The notes beneath the pieces are model-generated. The model searched no databases. It was not told where the DNA came from and saw only the letters and a list, made by a program, of their open reading frames with translations. A stretch of DNA of 64,000 nt from an uncultured Chloroflexia bacterium (GTDB lineage Bacteria > Chloroflexota > Dehalococcoidia > UBA2979): contig CAVSIV010000006.1 of NCBI GenBank assembly GCA_963728205.1, positions 1,024,001-1,088,000 of the forward strand. Direction: 5' to 3'. Positions within the stretch are counted from its first letter, which is position 1; each line of letters starts with the position of its first letter. The translations under genes were made by a program, and so were the position numbers. Shown piece by piece: positions 63,357 to 64,000 of the stretch.

Positions 63357-64000
63357 ATGAGCCCTGCAGCACGCCCCACGCCACGCGACGTCGTCGCGAT
63401 CCTGGTCGCCGCCGGGCGGTCGGCCCGCATGGCCGGCGAGGACAAGCTCTGGGCCGACCTCGGCGGTGCGCCGCTCGTCGCGCGCTCGCTGCGGATGCTC
63501 GCCCGCGTCGGCGGGGTGCGCACGGTCGTCGTCGTCGCGCCGGCCGCGCGCCACGCGGCGCTGCGCGCGCTGCTGCCCCCGGGCGGGACCGCGGAGCTCG
63601 TCTGCGTCGAGGGCGGCGCGCGGCGGCAGGACTCCGTCGCCGCCGGCATCGCCGCGGCGCCGAACGCCGCGTGGTACCTCGTGCACGACGCCGCGCGCCC
63701 GCTCGCGAGCGCGAGCCTCGCGCGCGCGGCGCTCGACGCCGCGCGCGACGCCGGCGCAGCGATCCCCGGCCTCCCCGTGATCGACACGATCAAGCGCGTT
63801 GACGCCGCCGGTCGCGTCACGGAGACGCTCGACCGCGCGCTGCTGCGCCGGGTGCAGACGCCGCAGGCGTTCGACGGCGACCTCCTCCGCCGCGCGCACC
63901 GCGAGGTCCGCGACGACGTGACCGACGACGCGGCGATGGTCGAGCGCCTCGGCGCACCGGTGGTCGTCGTGGCCGGCGAGCTGAGGAACGTCAAGGTCAC
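63357..64000 (+). CDS. ispD: 2-C-methyl-D-erythritol 4-phosphate cytidylyltransferase (partial, runs off the window; absent from the ORF track)
   Basis: AILVAAGRSARM..DK, GGARRQDSV, VHDAARP, DTIK, VQTPQAF, TDDA..VE, N.KV; TAGAAT 7 nt before ATG. Confidence 0.92.
   Translation, partial: MSPAARPTPRDVVAILVAAGRSARMAGEDKLWADLGGAPLVARSLRMLARVGGVRTVVVVAPAARHAALRALLPPGGTAELVCVEGGARRQDSVAAGIAAAPNAAWYLVHDAARPLASASLARAALDAARDAGAAIPGLPVIDTIKRVDAAGRVTETLDRALLRRVQTPQAFDGDLLRRAHREVRDDVTDDAAMVERLGAPVVVVAGELRNVKV

Overview
High-GC bacterial chromosomal window of mostly housekeeping and metabolic genes. Gene content, a GAAC-N4-GTTC SOS box, a CIRCE element, a transcriptional T-box and the rpoB/rpoC architecture suggest Chloroflexota, probably Dehalococcoidia-like (inference, no search run). 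Core genes: tsaD, groES-groEL, a mutY-like glycosylase, ileS (type 2), proB, dsbA-VKOR, rimI, ruvB, a heterodimeric ABC exporter, htpX, a paired acyl-CoA dehydrogenase, rpoB-rpoC, a Glu/Leu/Phe/Val dehydrogenase, a radical SAM protein and a partial ispD. No rRNA, tRNA, CRISPR array, transposase or prophage was seen. Most notable: (1) an unnamed ~80-aa module that appears to recur in three unrelated exported proteins (D,D-carboxypeptidase, AMIN-like protein, S8 protease), a candidate lineage-specific envelope-targeting domain; (2) a penicillin-binding-fold ectodomain fused through a TM helix to a cytoplasmic coiled coil; (3) a CGNR regulator with two identically spaced N18 inverted-repeat operators; (4) a His-less stand-alone HisKA_3 protein that shares a 16-bp operator with an orphan sensor kinase; (5) tandem paralogous Zn-ribbon microproteins; (6) variant active sites (GIHH IleRS2, RpoB R529K equivalent, Glu-less MutY, KRAHHH ICL-family enzyme); (7) five single-base indels in rpoB, most likely assembly errors. 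Family calls come from motif recognition by eye.
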